A DNA stretch of 64,000 nucleotides from Octopus vulgaris. Its lineage: Eukaryota. Positions within the stretch are counted from its first letter, which is position 1, and each line of letters starts with the position of its first letter. The notes beneath the pieces are model-generated. The model saw only the letters and a program-made list of their open reading frames with translations. It was not told the DNA's origin and did no database searches. The stretch lies in contig OX597820.1 in the NCBI GenBank assembly GCA_951406725.2, positions 10,664,001-10,728,000 on the forward strand. The letters are read 5' to 3'. The position numbers were made by a program, and so were the translations under genes. Shown here piece by piece: positions 26,244 through 40,120 of this stretch.

Positions 26244-27240
26244 CATTATTATTGTTATTATTATTTTCTGTAATTTAGTTCATTCTGCACAACTTTTGCC
26301 TATCGGTTTTGTAATTTTACCTCTTTTCAGGCAGAGAACGGTAGGGTGCAAGGTAGAAAAACAAGAAGAAAGGAAAATAAACGAACGAATTTATCTGACA
26401 GCGCAATATTTTCTTTCTAAATCTGCAATGCGCACAACCTCATACAAAATCTTCGCACAATGACTTGTTGAACATTTACCACCTCACAACAACCTGCATT
26501 AAAACCTTAAGTGCAAATAATAAATAAGTCATCGATTTTCAATTAAGACTATCCTGTGCACAGGAAATACGGAAGGGAAGTCCCGATCAGAAAAAAGTGG
26601 AGGAAAAAAACCAGGTTTCATCAGTCTTGATAACAAAACGTTAAACGCATTAAACATTCATATCGCTGATTAAGCAAACACTCTGGCCTTGTTCGTCATA
26701 ACGAGGATGCACTACTTCCGTTTCTCGTTGTTTTTTTGTATCAGTTGTACTTTAAATCTAATAATCTCTCTTTTTCTATCTCCCAGTTCAACGTTCACCG
26801 TTCCTCCACCACTTCTTTCTCTTTCAGAATGTCGTTACTTTGTCATTACATAGTTCCTTCGTTTAGTTTGCTTTCATTTTAATTTGCTTCTAGTTTTCAA
26901 TCATTTACGACTTATATATTTTATAATTATATTTCACATTCATATTTTATTTTCATTTCCGTTACACTCTCCTTCTCTCTATCTCTCACTTCTTCCTCTC
27001 CCATTCTGTATTTCCCTGCTTTTCCCCTGTCTTTCTATCCTCATTGTTTTCTCTTGAGCTTCTTTTACCTTCCCATTTCTATTTATTATCCTTTTTACTC
27101 CCTCTATTTCCACTTCATCATCCAATTTCTCTCTCTTTATCTTAGCTTCTGTCCTTCACTCTTACTTTCTCTTCCCTCACTTCTGCTTCATTTTATAAAA
27201 AAAATTTCATCATCCATTTTACATTATTTTTCTACCATTA

Positions 27241-27585
27241 GTTCGGCGAGCTGGCAGAATCGTTAGCACGCCGGACGAAATGCCGAGCGGTATTTCGTCT
27301 GCCGTTACGTTCAGAGTTCAAATTCCGCCGAGGTCGAATTTGCCTTTCATCCTTTCGGGGTCGATTAAATAAGTACCAATTACGCACTGGAGTCGATGTA
27401 ATCGACTTAATCCCTTTGTCTGTTCTTGTTTGTCCCTTCTGTGTTTAGCCCCTTGTGTGTGGTAAAGAAATACGTATTTTGTCTGCCGTTACGTTCTGAG
27501 TTCAAATTCCGCCGAGGTCGACTTTGCCTTTCGTCCTTTCGGGGTCGATAAAACTAAGTACCAGTTACGCACTGGGGTCGATATA
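27241..27585 (+). mobile_element. SINE family A with partial second body
   Basis: Sequence match. Confidence 0.85.
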
Positions 27586-27595
27586 CCGATATACT

Positions 27596-27812
27596 GAAAT
27601 ATCTATTTCTTTACTACCCACAAGTGGCTAAACAAAAAGGAGACAAACAAGGACAGACAAAAGGATTAAGTCGATTACATCGCCTCCAGTGCGTAGCTGG
27701 TACTTATTTTGTCGACCCTGAGAGGATGAAAGGCAAAGTCGACCTCGGCGGAATTTGAACTCAGAATGTAACGGCAGAGGAAAAACCACTAAGTGTTTCG
27801 CCAGCGCGTTAA
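27596..27812 (-). mobile_element. SINE family A, inverted and tail-to-tail with the previous copy
   Basis: Sequence match. Confidence 0.85.
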
Positions 27813-27980
27813 CTTCACGATATACAGAGTGATACAAAAGTAAGTATACAGTTATGAAAAAAGAAAACACGTCCAATACTCATTTATTTTGATAAAAAAT
27901 ATTAAAAACTACGATAAAAGTATTATTATGATTAATGACGCTGAAAATGTAATGTTCTAATAATTTTAACGAATTAAGTA

Positions 27981-28545
27981 TTGTGTTGTCCGGAAAGTTC
28001 TTGCCGATTTTTAAAGGAAAGAAAAAGGTCAATAAATACTTGCCATTACATTTTTAATCAACCAAATATGAACCATTTTGTTGCACAATGCGTCTCCATG
28101 TTTCCTTTAACTTGAAGATACCCTCTTCCCAGAATCGAGGTGGTTTCATGGCATATAATTCATCAAGGCATCTTTTTACGCCATCCAAGGAATTGAAATT
28201 TTTACCATTAAGACTATTCTACAGAGACCTGAATAAGGGAAACTCACGAAGGAGCAGTATCTGGTGAATATGGAGGGTGGGGTAACACATCCCAGCCGAG
28301 CTGCAGCAATTTTTTCTGGTTCCCAAAGCATCAAGTGCTGAAAATGAACTTTCTTATCTTCCATTAAAAGGGTTACAGAATTAACACAGATTATAGGAAC
28401 ATAAACCTTCTTCCACGAAAACAAAGCTTAAACTGTGACGTAAATGGAGGTGTATTCAAATCCTATTCTATGGACTCAACCGTGTTCTAAAATAAGTCGA
28501 AAGGTAAGCTACTATAAATCGGCACGAACTTTCCGGACAACCCAA
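27981..28545 (-). mobile_element. Non-autonomous mariner deletion derivative
   Basis: TIR TTGGGTTGTCCGGAAAGTTC, TA TSD, transposase N-terminus (MEDKKVHFQHLML) fused to C-terminus (HPPYSPD). Confidence 0.9.
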
Positions 28546-28569
28546 TAATTAAAACATTGATGTGATACT

Positions 28570-28810
28570 TACTCTACTCTTTACTCTTTTACTCTTTTAG
28601 TTGTTTCAGTCATTTGACTGCGGCCCTGCTGGAGCACCGCCTTTAGTCGAGCAAGTCGACCCCAGGACTTATTCTTTGTAAGCCCAATACTTATTCTATC
28701 GGTCTATTTTGCCGAACCGCTAAGTTACGGGGACGTAAACACACCAGCATCGGTTGTCAAGCAATGCTAGGGGGACAAACACAGACACACTAACATACAC
28801 ACACACACAC

Positions 28811-28899
<89 letters not shown>

Positions 28900-29063
28900 C
28901 AACAGGCTTCTTTCAGTTTCCGTCTACCAAATCCACTCACAAGGCATTGGTCGACCCGGGGCTATAGTAGAAGACACTTGCGCAAGATGCCTCGCAGTGG
29001 GACTGAACTCGGAACCATGTGGTTGGTTAGCAAGCTACTCACCACACAGCCACTCCTGCGCCT
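28570..29063 (-). mobile_element. SINE family B
   Basis: Full-length match. Confidence 0.9.
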
Positions 29064-29477
29064 ATATACGTACTTACTGTATACGTACTTTTTCACACAC
29101 CGACATACCTTGTGTATTAATAACTGCTTCTATATAATTTATTTCTACTTCAACCCCGCCTCAGTTTCGTATTCACACATTCTAACCCCTCCTCTTCATG
29201 TTCGTATCAGTTTATTTTCCCATTTATCCACTCTTCGCTATTCTCCCCTCATTTGTTAGCCAGATCGTTGTAGTTAAAATTAGCAAACTGTGACTTACTC
29301 CAGCAAATGCCTGCATCGAAGATATAATAATTGAACTGGCAAAGTCTTTATAAATCCATTGGATTAGCAACATGAAAATTAACGAACAAAAATGAAGGAA
29401 GTAATTCTTGAAAGAGACGCGGATGAGTTTCTTAAAACTTATTGTTGACTTCAAATCATTGGTTTCTTTTAGACTTT

Positions 29478-29694
29478 AACTCTTTTACTTGCTTCAGTCA
29501 TTTGACTGCGGCTATGCTGCAGCACCGCCTTTAGTCGAAGAAATCGACTTATTCTTTGTAAGCCTAGTACTCATTCTCTCGGTCCTTTTTGCCGATCTGC
29601 TAAGTTACGGGGACGTAAACACACCAGCATCGATTGTCAAGCGATTTTGGGGACAACAAACACAGACACACAAACACACACATACAAACACACA

Positions 29695-29738
<44 letters not shown>

Positions 29739-29956
29739 TGCACACAAACACACGGACACAGACACACATATATATATACATATACATATATACGACGGGC
29801 TTCTTTCAATTTCCGCCTACCGAATCCACTCACAAGAATTTGGTCGGCTCGAGGCTATAGTAAAAGACACTTGCCCAAGGTGCTACGCAGTGGGACTGAA
29901 CGCGGAACCATGTGGTCGGTAAGCAAGCTACTTACCACACAGCCACTCCTGCGCCT
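29478..29956 (-). mobile_element. SINE family B
   Basis: Full-length match. Confidence 0.9.
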
Positions 29957-30417
29957 CTGTAAAATGACACAGTAATTGCTCAATAGGATGGAAATATCCA
30001 CTTCTCGTAATCGACCGGTCTCCAAAAGTTTGGGTAAAGTGCATTACCAAACGTCATCAATAAATGATCCACTAAGTGTAGAAAAATTTTGCTAGCAACT
30101 AAGTGACTCTCAATTACAGAGATATCAATATTGGGCAGGTTTCCAGCAGAAATATAATTAAATGGAGGTGATGAACTCATCGCCATGTCTTCAAAACATT
30201 GCCGGAATAATTTGAGGTCGATTGCGTCTCTGAGGAGTGTAGTAGCCTTATTTCTATAATGAAATGAATATGTGAAGTTTTGAAGGTGATATTTTTCTGC
30301 ATTCGATAGATTTTCTTAACAAACTAATTGTCTTCAACTGTTCTCCGTCGGTTTCGACGATGAGCGCTCCAGTTGATCCCATCAACGGAATTGCCTGCTC
30401 GTGGAATTAACAGACAC

Positions 30418-30702
30418 TGTGGATCCCAAACCTTTTCCGGATGCCGCCTCCTTGGCACTAAGGCCATAATCATAGGGCCTCCTACTCACCTACACAAACA
30501 CAGGCCACTTTCTGAAGCAAATTCAACGCAAGTGCATTTCACAAATAAAACCTAACCTAATAAACCCATTGCTTTGTTGTATACACATCCATCACTCCAT
30601 TTTTGGCCACCTCATTATCGCTTCACTTTTTCTTCAACGCCCCCTCCCATTGGATCTTTCCATCCCTCCTATGGGTCAGTACCGCTCACTTTGGGAACTG
30701 AG
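30418..30702. mobile_element. Possible degenerate hAT-like non-autonomous element
   Basis: Ends CTGTGGATCCCAAACC and CTTTGGGAACTG resemble CAGTGGTTCCCAAA-type TIRs. Confidence 0.4.
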
Positions 30703-31132
30703 AGTTTAAAGTTACAGGGAGCATGAAATAAGACTATGAGCTAGGTCAATGGTATTCTCAAGCCGGCTGTAGATCAGAAGGTCCGAGCTCTGGGAAGAGG
30801 GGTGCTACCGGGAGTAGTTTGAACTGGACACAAAGTGGGGCTTGATCAACTCTGGTTGTGTTACCTGATGTTGAAAGTCCCCAAACACCTAATAACACCA
30901 GGAAACATCACGGATGATGAGTCCAGGTGCGATACCGGATGGTGTATCGAAAATCTCACCTAATATGTGGAAGATGCTTCCGGAAGCATTCTGTAACTCA
31001 GGTCAATGCCTGTGTATGTGTGTGTCTGCGTGTACGCGTGTGTGCTCGCGCGCGCGCGTGAATGTATGTGTGTTTGCGTGTACGTGTGTGTGTTTACGTG
31101 TGAGTGCATATATGTATGTATATATGTATCTA

Positions 31133-31352
31133 CGGCAGAATCGTTAGCACGCCGGGCAAAGTGCTTTGCGGTATTTCGTCTGCCGTTACGTTGTGAGTTC
31201 AAATTCCGCCGAGGCCGACTTTGCCTTTCATCCTCCCGGTGTCGATTAAATAAGTACCAGTTACGCACTGGGGTCGGTGTAATCGACTTAATCCGTTTGT
31301 CTGTCCTTGTTTGTTCTCTCTGTGCTTACCCCCCTGTGGCTAGTAAAGAAAT
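31133..31352 (+). mobile_element. SINE family A
   Basis: Sequence match. Confidence 0.85.
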
Positions 31353-31571
31353 ATATATGTATAAATGAATGTTTGCGTGGATGTATGTATAGAGACGTAA
31401 TGTTTAAGATGCCACACCTCACGGCTAACGCGAAGAACACATTTGTTGGTGTGAAAAATGTTGCCTTCTCTCTCGTAACGAAGTGGCCACACACACCATA
31501 GGGGACATGTATGACAATGCAACAAGAAAATCAAACATCATTTACTACCACAAATGCTACTGCTGCTGCTG

Positions 31572-31607
<36 letters not shown>

Positions 31608-32435
31608 TTACTACTACTACAACTAAGTAGTCAGTGTAGCGGAAGTAGGTGACGTTGGTGGTGGTTGATGCTGTAAATTATGTGACGTTGTAGGTACGTG
31701 AAAGATTGCTAAACCTACTTTCTCACATATCTCATGCTCTTTAAATATTTGAAGAATATTTCCTGACTAAATGGAAATGAATTGAATTAAAATCAACCGA
31801 AGATTGCTTCATCTAATATTTACTTGTAAGGCAGCTTCGTAAACACATCCTCCCTCCTCATTCCTAGCTGTTAGTTTGTACGAATACAATTTGACGCGTA
31901 TGTATGCTTACTGTTGACCAGTGTGTGTTTTTGTGGTTGTGTGCATGTTTACAAGTAATATGTTTGTGTTAACAAGTGTGTATATATTTGTGTTAACAAG
32001 TGTGTATATATTTGTATTTGCGTGTATCCATAGACGTAAGAGGAAGTCCAAAGGTGTATGTGCAGTTAAATATTTATTTGCATTTGATTATTCGAATGTG
32101 TATGTATAAGTGTGCGAGAATGTGTTTATATGTATGTATGTGTGTGCGGTTAATTATACGTGTTTATTATGTTGCGACTAAAAGTCTCGGTGAAGTGGCT
32201 CTGTCAATCGTATCCACACTCTCGATTCATGGTGGAAATATTTACATCATCCCAACAGATGTCGACAACTTTGTTAGACAAGTCAATAAACACTCCAAAT
32301 AATTTCCTTTTCTTAATAATCCGCGAGTGCAGATAATTCAGTTGATAAGCTATCGGACGACCGGCCAAACTATTATACATCACCGGTTCGTATACATTCA
32401 CCGCTGAGGCTCGTTTTCTCTGTCTAGGGTATTTA

Positions 32436-32653
32436 CGATGAGGTGCTGAACAGTTCCTGGCTTTGGGTAAAGGGAAATACAGAAGGATCAGTTATTTATG
32501 GTTCTATTCAACATATTCTCCCTTCACATTCACATACATATCGTAATCGTCCTTCAGTTTTTTCTCAATCCTGTAAAAGAACTCGGAAGGTTATACCTCC
32601 AGTCAGGACTTTCGCGGGACTCTTAACGCCAGGAAATTTTCAGCATCCCCTCG
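32436..32653. mobile_element. Mariner-type MITE, copy 1
   Basis: TIR consensus CGAGGGGxTGCTGAAAAGTTCCTGGC, TA TSD. Confidence 0.8.
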
Positions 32654-32886
32654 TACTCAACAGTAACACAGACAAATGCTTTGTTGTCTTGTACGGCTGA
32701 GTTCGTGTCAGTAACTCATGGGATTTATCAAAAGCAATGGGATACCACACCAATTTATCTTCTTCATAATGAATTGTACTAAAAAGGAAGAGTTCAGGCA
32801 GGTAATTAAACACATTTACAGTGCACGAAACCCTCTTCTCCAACACAATGGGGATTTACATTTGCGCATAAAGTGAAGTATATGTA

Positions 32887-33103
32887 CGAGGGAGTGCTGA
32901 AAAGTCCCTGGCTTTGGGTAAAAGAAAATACAGGAGGATCAGTTAATTATGAATTTATTCAACGTTCCTCTCTCAGATTCACAAACTTATTGTAACACTC
33001 CTTCAGATTTTTTAAACACTGTAAAACAAGTTGGAAGATTGGACCTCCAGCCTGGCAGTTTTACGACACCCTTAAGGCCAAGACTTTTTGAGGGCCTCCC
33101 TCG
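32887..33103. mobile_element. Mariner-type MITE, copy 2
   Basis: Same family and orientation, TA TSD. Confidence 0.8.
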
Positions 33104-33109
33104 TATATA

Positions 33110-33492
33110 TTCTTTTCTATTGTAGGCACAAGACCGGAAATTTTGGGGGGAGGCAGGCAGTGAATTAGATCGACCACAGTACGCAATCAGTACTTGATTT
33201 ATCGACCCTGAAAGGAGGAAAGGCAAAGTCAACCTCGGTAGAATTTGAACACAGAACGTAAAGACAGATGAAATACTGCTAAGCATTTTGCCCGGCGTGC
33301 TATTGTTTGTTATTTCTTTATTGCCCACAATGGGCTAAACATAGGGGGACAAACAAGGACAGACAAAGGGATTAAGTCGATTACATGACTCCAGTGCGTA
33401 ACTGGTACTTAATTTATCAACCTCGAAGGAATGAAAGGCAAAGTCGACCTCGGCAGAATTTGAACACAGACGGTAAAGCCAGACGAAATACC
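33110..33492 (-). mobile_element. Two adjacent SINE A copies (older-tail and younger-tail types)
   Basis: 33110-33305 and 33311-33492. Confidence 0.8.
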
Positions 33493-33499
33493 TAAACAC

Positions 33500-33534
<35 letters not shown>

Positions 33535-33939
33535 AATTAGAAAAAAGCAACTTTTATCAATTCAAAATTAAAAATTAAATTACACCATCTAGAAGATTAC
33601 ATATAATAGAAATATTAAATATAAGATAAAAAATATTCCCTCAAATTATATATATATTATGTGTGTGTGTGTGTGTGTGTGTGTATAAATTCTTTTATTC
33701 TTTTACTTTTTTACATGTTTCAGTTATTTGACTGCGGCCATGCTGGAACACTACTGTATATATGAAAGGTGAGAGTTATATTTTTATCAAGATATAGGTA
33801 TCGTTTGGTATCAATTACCGGTATCGTTTGGTTTTAAGACGATTAAGCATACTTTAAGTAAAAGAGAGAATACATCAAATCTCAATAAATTAAATGAAAT
33901 TAATGTTTAATGATATCAATCTGTAAGTTCACATATTCC

Positions 33940-33998
<59 letters not shown>

Positions 33999-34604
33999 GT
34001 GCAACCACATATGTTCGCACGCGCGTGTATCGCGGTTGTGCTGGTTTGGCAAAGTGATCGACGAGAATCGTTCTTGGCAGTGAAATTATAATAAACATAT
34101 CTTGGGAAATTGATGGTAGTCATTTAAAGCAACACGACAAAAATCTGTTACATTAATCTTTGTTTGATTTTGAAATGAAATGTCACCAGCAAGATGAAGC
34201 ACTTGAAATGTTACACGGTATGATAATGTTTAGAAATAAATGAAGATGATTAAGAACAGGTTTCATATGCTCTTAAATACTTAACATAATTCTTCAACAA
34301 TACAGTTTTATATATACACTTGCATATATATATATATGTGTCTCCCGATCTATGTATGTATCTGTTTATCTATACACACAACCATTCAAATAGACGCTCA
34401 TGCTTTATCTCTCTCACACGCAAAATATATACACGTGTATAGAATACACTTTTATATATTTATACCACACATAAACAGCTGTATGTTCATTTATTTCTTG
34501 ACTTGGTGCAGCTTTTCGTTTGGGGACTTTTAAGAGCATCGCCAGTTGTTTCATGTTGTTTAATTTGTCGTCGTTCTGTTTAAGTATAAATCTCTAAGGA
34601 CAGT

Positions 34605-34778
34605 GCAATGTGAGGCCATGTACCGAGAGTGATAAAAATCAAACATCCAGTTAACGTCATGGTGTTTGGAGAGATCACTATCGATAGCCGATGTTATGCT
34701 TCCATTCAACTTCTCATGCGGTCTCAGACTCAGTACGGAGGCCTACATGAAGTGCCTGGAGGAAGTTATGCTGTCCTT
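34605..34778 (+). mobile_element. Tc1/mariner-superfamily transposase relic
   Basis: Translates to KIKHPVNVMVFGEIT..DVMLPF..AYMKCLEEV with a frameshift. Confidence 0.55.
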
Positions 34779-35004
34779 TAAGATTAATTTTGATTATATC
34801 AATTCCCGCACTTAACTGACTGACTTACAAAAACACAATTCGGGTTTTGGCAGGGCCCCACATCAACTGTTGTCTTTGAGCATCCAATTGCGCTACGAAT
34901 AACCACTGTGGAGGATGCAAATAACCACAATGAGAAAATGAATATAGCAAAGAAATGATCTAAATTTATGTCTATCATAACTTCTTCTAAAACTGTTCTC
35001 TATA

Positions 35005-35403
35005 TCTTTATATATAAAAGTGAGGTCGTGTGCTGTCTGTCTCCTACGATTTAGATTCCTAACTACTCCCACATTTTGCGGTGCAGTTTAATCAAAACCG
35101 GGTATCTTATAGTCGTCATTCATATCGAGCCATTCTGGGTATTAGCGCGCGTCTACGATGAGTCTACGATTTAAAAAAAAAAATTTACCATCAATTTTTC
35201 CCATTTTTAATGCATTTTTGGCATATAAAAGGGAAGTAACTATCTAAAAATGTATTATTAAATCTCAGAACGTAAAAAGCTACAGTAACACCTCCCCCTT
35301 TGTAGTTAGCAATATTGAGATGGCTATTATACTTTACATCTCTAAAAATGCTTATATAGTTATTTCCCTTACAAACCCGAGCAACGCCGGGCGATACTGC
35401 TAG
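35005..35403 (+). mobile_element. Non-autonomous Helitron, complete
   Basis: 5' TC, 3' CTAG, inserted between A and T, subterminal CCCGAGCAACGCCGGG hairpin, no TSD. Confidence 0.85.
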
Positions 35404-36504
35404 TCATATATATATATTGTTGTAAAATTAAAATTCTATTTAAAACCATTGTAGAACCTTTGCATAGCTATTCTTATAAAAAAAAGAAGCTGATTTCATT
35501 AGTGTTGTTCTAGAATATTTAGAACGAATGAACAAAAAGCATCTCTTTCGGAAGTGATATATTATTCTCCAGATCGCATGTGTCATCAAGGAAATAATGA
35601 ATTTGACTCACTGAGAACAACCATATCATATTCTGACCCTGATCCGAACCTCAAGACCTAAGCAAGCATTTACAATAATGATGTATTAATAATATATATT
35701 AACTATTCATGCAACTTGATGTTTGTGTACATAATGTCATCGCATATTATTCTCATAAACAACGATGAAATCCACCGATATTAATATATTATTTTAGGTC
35801 ACAGATTAACCTTTAGTTTCTTTTATAATAATGACCAAACCCACCTATAAATTCACGTAGTTCAATACTATTGAATATTGCAAGTAGCCCCTTGTGGATT
35901 TGTGCCAACCCATAAACAGCGAAGCAGGATGTCTAACAGATAATAGATAACAAAATACCCGAGATAAAAATGCGTGAACAATAATTGTTGACAAATACCC
36001 AGGAGAAATTGCATTAAATGGTTCTCTGAACTTTGTTAGTCTCTAAATATCATTGGTATTTCATTTGTATATTAGTATTTAGAGCTAGTTACGATAATAG
36101 TGGAATAACAAATAGCAGAGTTGATAATGTGTTAACCGTCGTCTCCATAGGTCAACGACATTTATTAGCTTCCTTGGAGGGAAGAGTGAAGAAAGATACT
36201 CATGGGCACCTGCTGCATGTTGGACAAAGAGTTAAGTGAGGGTTGTGGTATGTAATGGAGTGAACCACGGAATCTTTATTTGTTGTTTAGAATGACACAC
36301 ATCGAGACGAGACTATTATCTTAGTGAATAATTCTGATCAGAGAAGGTAGAAGAGACCAACATAAGGCTTAAAATTAATTAAAATTAATGTAATTGCAGT
36401 TAAAGTGATATATTTCAGTATGGCGGAATCTCATCGGAGATGAACATTTTCAACTGGTCCTACCATATTTATATTTATAAAGTTACACAGACACACACAT
36501 GCAT

Positions 36505-36690
36505 ATATGTGTGCGTGTGTGTTTGTTTGTTTGTCCCTAATCGCTTGAAAACCGATGTTCGTTTGTTTACGTCAAAAAACGTAGTAGTTCGGCAAAATAG
36601 CCGAATATAACGCGTATGAGACTGAGGTTGATTTATTCAATTAACATCACAGCACTTTGCTCTAGCATGGCCGCAGTGTAATGTCTGAAG
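36505..36690 (+). mobile_element. Old SINE B 3' half
   Basis: Diverged match. Confidence 0.65.
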
Positions 36691-36783
36691 CAATTAATAT
36701 AGCATAAATCTTCCATTTTAGATCACTCTGCATACAAAATCTAGTTGTATATTTGAATAGCATCTACCTACTTATTCTCCATA

Positions 36784-37172
36784 AGGCGTGGGAGTGGGTG
36801 TGTGGTAAGTAGCTTGCTTATCAACCACATTGTTCCGGATTCAGTTACACTGCGTGGCATCTTGGGCAAGTGTCTTATACTATAGCCTTGTGAGTGGCTT
36901 TGGTAGAAGGAAACTGAAAGAAGCCCGTCATATAAATGTATACATATATATGTGTGTGTGTGTTTGTGTGTCTGTGTTTGTCTCCCCAACATCGCTTGAC
37001 AACCGATGTTGGTGTGTTTACATCCCCGTAACTTAGCGGTTCGGCAAAAGAGACCGATAGGATAAGTACTAGGCTTACAAGGAATAAGTCCTGGGGGTCG
37101 ATTTGCTCGACTAAAGACGGTGCTCCAGCATGGCCGCAGTCAAATGACTGAAACAAGTAAAAGAGTAAAAAT
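36784..37172 (+). mobile_element. SINE family B
   Basis: Full-length match. Confidence 0.9.
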
Positions 37173-38403
37173 GAGTAATAGCAGAGAACAGGCTAAACCA
37201 TCGAGAGTTATGTACCTGAACACTTGCACCGTTCCACATTCAGCTTTCAAAAAACTAACGTCTGTTTGTTACTGCAATACGCCAAATAAACAAAGGATCG
37301 TTTCGTGCAGTAAGTTCACGCGCAGTTTATGCAGGTATATTAAATATACGAACAAGTACTTTCCGATCTGCACGTAACTGAACTCATGCACTTAGTGCTG
37401 GCTTTGAATGTTATCCAAACTTACTCGTATGTAGGTTCGGTTAAGCTATGTTCCATTCACTCTCACACATTCGTTTATAAACAAGAGTTAAACATATAAT
37501 AATCATATTAAACATTGACTTTTACAAGAGAAACAACAGAGTAATGTAGTTATTGAGCTCGTAAGTGTAACAGCAAAATGGTAAAGCTGGTGAGTTTATT
37601 TCATAACACAATTTCACTTAATACCGCACATAGAAATGTTTGGCAGCCATAAATTCTTATTCCTATGTAAGTATTCTCCATTTAAAATTTTCAATGTAGT
37701 GTTTGTTATGTTTCGGTGCAAATCACAAAAGCATCTTATCAAAATATTCAGTAAGTTTCCGTTGCATCTTTTTCAATTTATATTGCTATAGAAACAGCTA
37801 AGCGAATTCAAATATTCACAAATTCGCAGAAAGCATTTATTTTTATTTTTGAATTCTTAGAACGAAAACAATACTTTTATAGAATTGTAAAATCAAAAAT
37901 TAATTATCACCTTATCTTTATCATAACGTTAAATCATGTTATACATAATCAAAGCAGTAGCCGCTGGGAAATGCTTTTCTTGTCTGGAAATAGATCAGCA
38001 ACTCACTAAAAATATCCTGAAAGCCGTCCAAAGCACTGAAGTACTTCAACTCCCCAATGTACTTAGCAAAAGTGGTGGGTGACAAGGACGCGGTAATGAG
38101 TCTTGTAACTAAGCTAAATAGATATTAATGCCTTACAAAATCTCTAACAAATTATCTGACAAATAATAGAATATGGTGCCAGCAGAAAATATTACAATCA
38201 AGCTATAATTTATCAATTATCATCAAGTTTTCTTGCAATAAGTTAGATTCATTTCCAAATTCGAGTGACTTTCATAGACCATGTAGAATAATAGCTTACG
38301 AAAAGTCATTAATGATAGAAACTCTAATGTATATTAATGGTTCTTCTTCACTTTATCAATTATATACAACGAACAAATACTTTAACTTTTTAATTTTGAT
38401 ATA

Positions 38404-38620
38404 AGGTGGCGCAATGGAAAAACTGTTGACACGTCGAGAAATGTTTAACAGCATTTCGTCCGTCTTCACGTTCTGAGTTTAAATTCCACCGATATCGACT
38501 TTGCCTTTCATCCTTTCGGTGTCGATAAAATAAATACTCGTTGAGTACTAAGCTCAATGTAATCGACTTACCTGTTTCCTCAAAATTGTTGGCCTAGTGC
38601 CAAAATTTAAAATCAATAAT
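38404..38620 (+). mobile_element. Old SINE family A
   Basis: Core GACTTTGCCTTTCATCCTTTCGG. Confidence 0.75.
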
Positions 38621-38917
38621 AAGTTTGAGATGAGTACTCAATACGTTGTCAGATTAATTAGCGCAAATGTGTTTTGTTTAATAACAACCAGTGTTAAGCT
38701 TGCTTTCCCTTCTTTTCTTTTAATACCAGTTTATTCCCAATAACAGTTTATTGGTTGGATTGAAATCATCAAAATTTTCTTAAAGACTATTTGAGATATC
38801 TGTAGAATTCATCAAGCCAAGCACATAATTACGCTACTTTATAAAATATATCTTATCAAAATTTTTATTTCTAAACGAATATGTTAAGTGTGTACCTCAC
38901 GCATGGCCTTCCTATAA

Positions 38918-39403
38918 TGACATGCATAAGATCTGGTCATCAAATCTAAGTAGAGACTTCAAACTTGAAATCTTTAAAGCCACAGTCGAACCAATTCTAC
39001 TATATGGCTCAGAAACCTAGACGTTATCAGAGAAGCTTGAGAGGCAGTTGGATGGAACCTACACTCGCCTCCTTATGAGAGCTCAAAATCTCTCGTGGAA
39101 GCGCCATCCAACCAAAATGCAAATATATGGGAAACTATCACCTGTGTCATCTCTTGTGAAAGGTAGGAGAGTCCAGTTTGCTGGACATTGTTGTAGAGCT
39201 GAAAAAGAGGTAATTTCTCCTCTTCTCCTCTGGAAGCCATCTACTCGCAATACCAGAGGGCGCACACTCTCCTACCCTGATGTAATCTTCAGGGATACAG
39301 GCATCCAGCAACAGGACCTCCGTAATGCCATGATGGACCGTGAAGTCTGGCGTAGGATGGTAAATTCCATTGTCTCGACCACGGTCGAACAATGATGATG
39401 ATG
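38918..39403 (+). mobile_element. 5'-truncated RTE LINE
   Basis: PILLYGSET, LDGTYTRLL and RRVQFAGHC motifs; (TGA)n tail; 15-bp TSD ATGGCCTTCCTATAA at 38903-38917 and 39404-39418. Confidence 0.9.
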
Positions 39404-39721
39404 ATGGCCTTCCTATAAGCACTTCACATTTTAATAAGATTCATGGTGTATTAATATGTCCATGATATTGATATCGTATTTATATGATATTTATATGGCT
39501 GAGTCTCAATGGTCAGTCATTAACAGCAACTGCCTTGTTTATTTTCACAAAGCACCTCCACGACAGGAATCCCCATTCCGTCCTATAATAACTACCGCGT
39601 TGTTTAGGCTTACAGCCCGCTGATGTGAATGGAAATATACGAGACCTTAAAAGTGTGGCCGTGTTTGGGTTTTTTTTTGAAGTAGCAAACAAAAACTGAA
39701 ATGGGAGGAAAATATAGAAAA

Positions 39722-40120
39722 CTAGCAGTATCGTCCGGCGTTGCTCGGGTTTGTAAGGGAAATAACTATATAAGCATTTTTAGAGAGTTATAGCCAAAAA
39801 AATAGCAAAAAAATGCATTAAAAATGGAAAAAAAATTATGGTAATTTTTTTTTTAAATCGTTGACTCATCGTAGACATTTTTAGAGAGTTACTTCCCTTA
39901 TATAATAGCGAAAAATGCATTAAAATGGAAAAAAATTATGGTAAATTATTTTTAAAATCGTAGACTCATCGTAGACACGCGCTATTACCAAAGAAGGGCT
40001 CGATATGAATCACGACTATAAGATACCCGGTTTTGGTTAAACTGCACCGCAAAATGTGGGAGTAGTTAGGAATCTAAATCGTAGGAGACAGACACACAAC
40101 CTCTCTTTTATATATAAAGA
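39722..40120 (-). mobile_element. Non-autonomous Helitron with an internal ~100-bp duplication
   Basis: TC...CTAG termini at an A/T site; homologous to 35005-35403. Confidence 0.85.

Noticed and set aside
30905-30960. AUGAUGAG...CGAAA hammerhead-like stretch
   Set aside because: C3 is missing and stems I and II do not close the core
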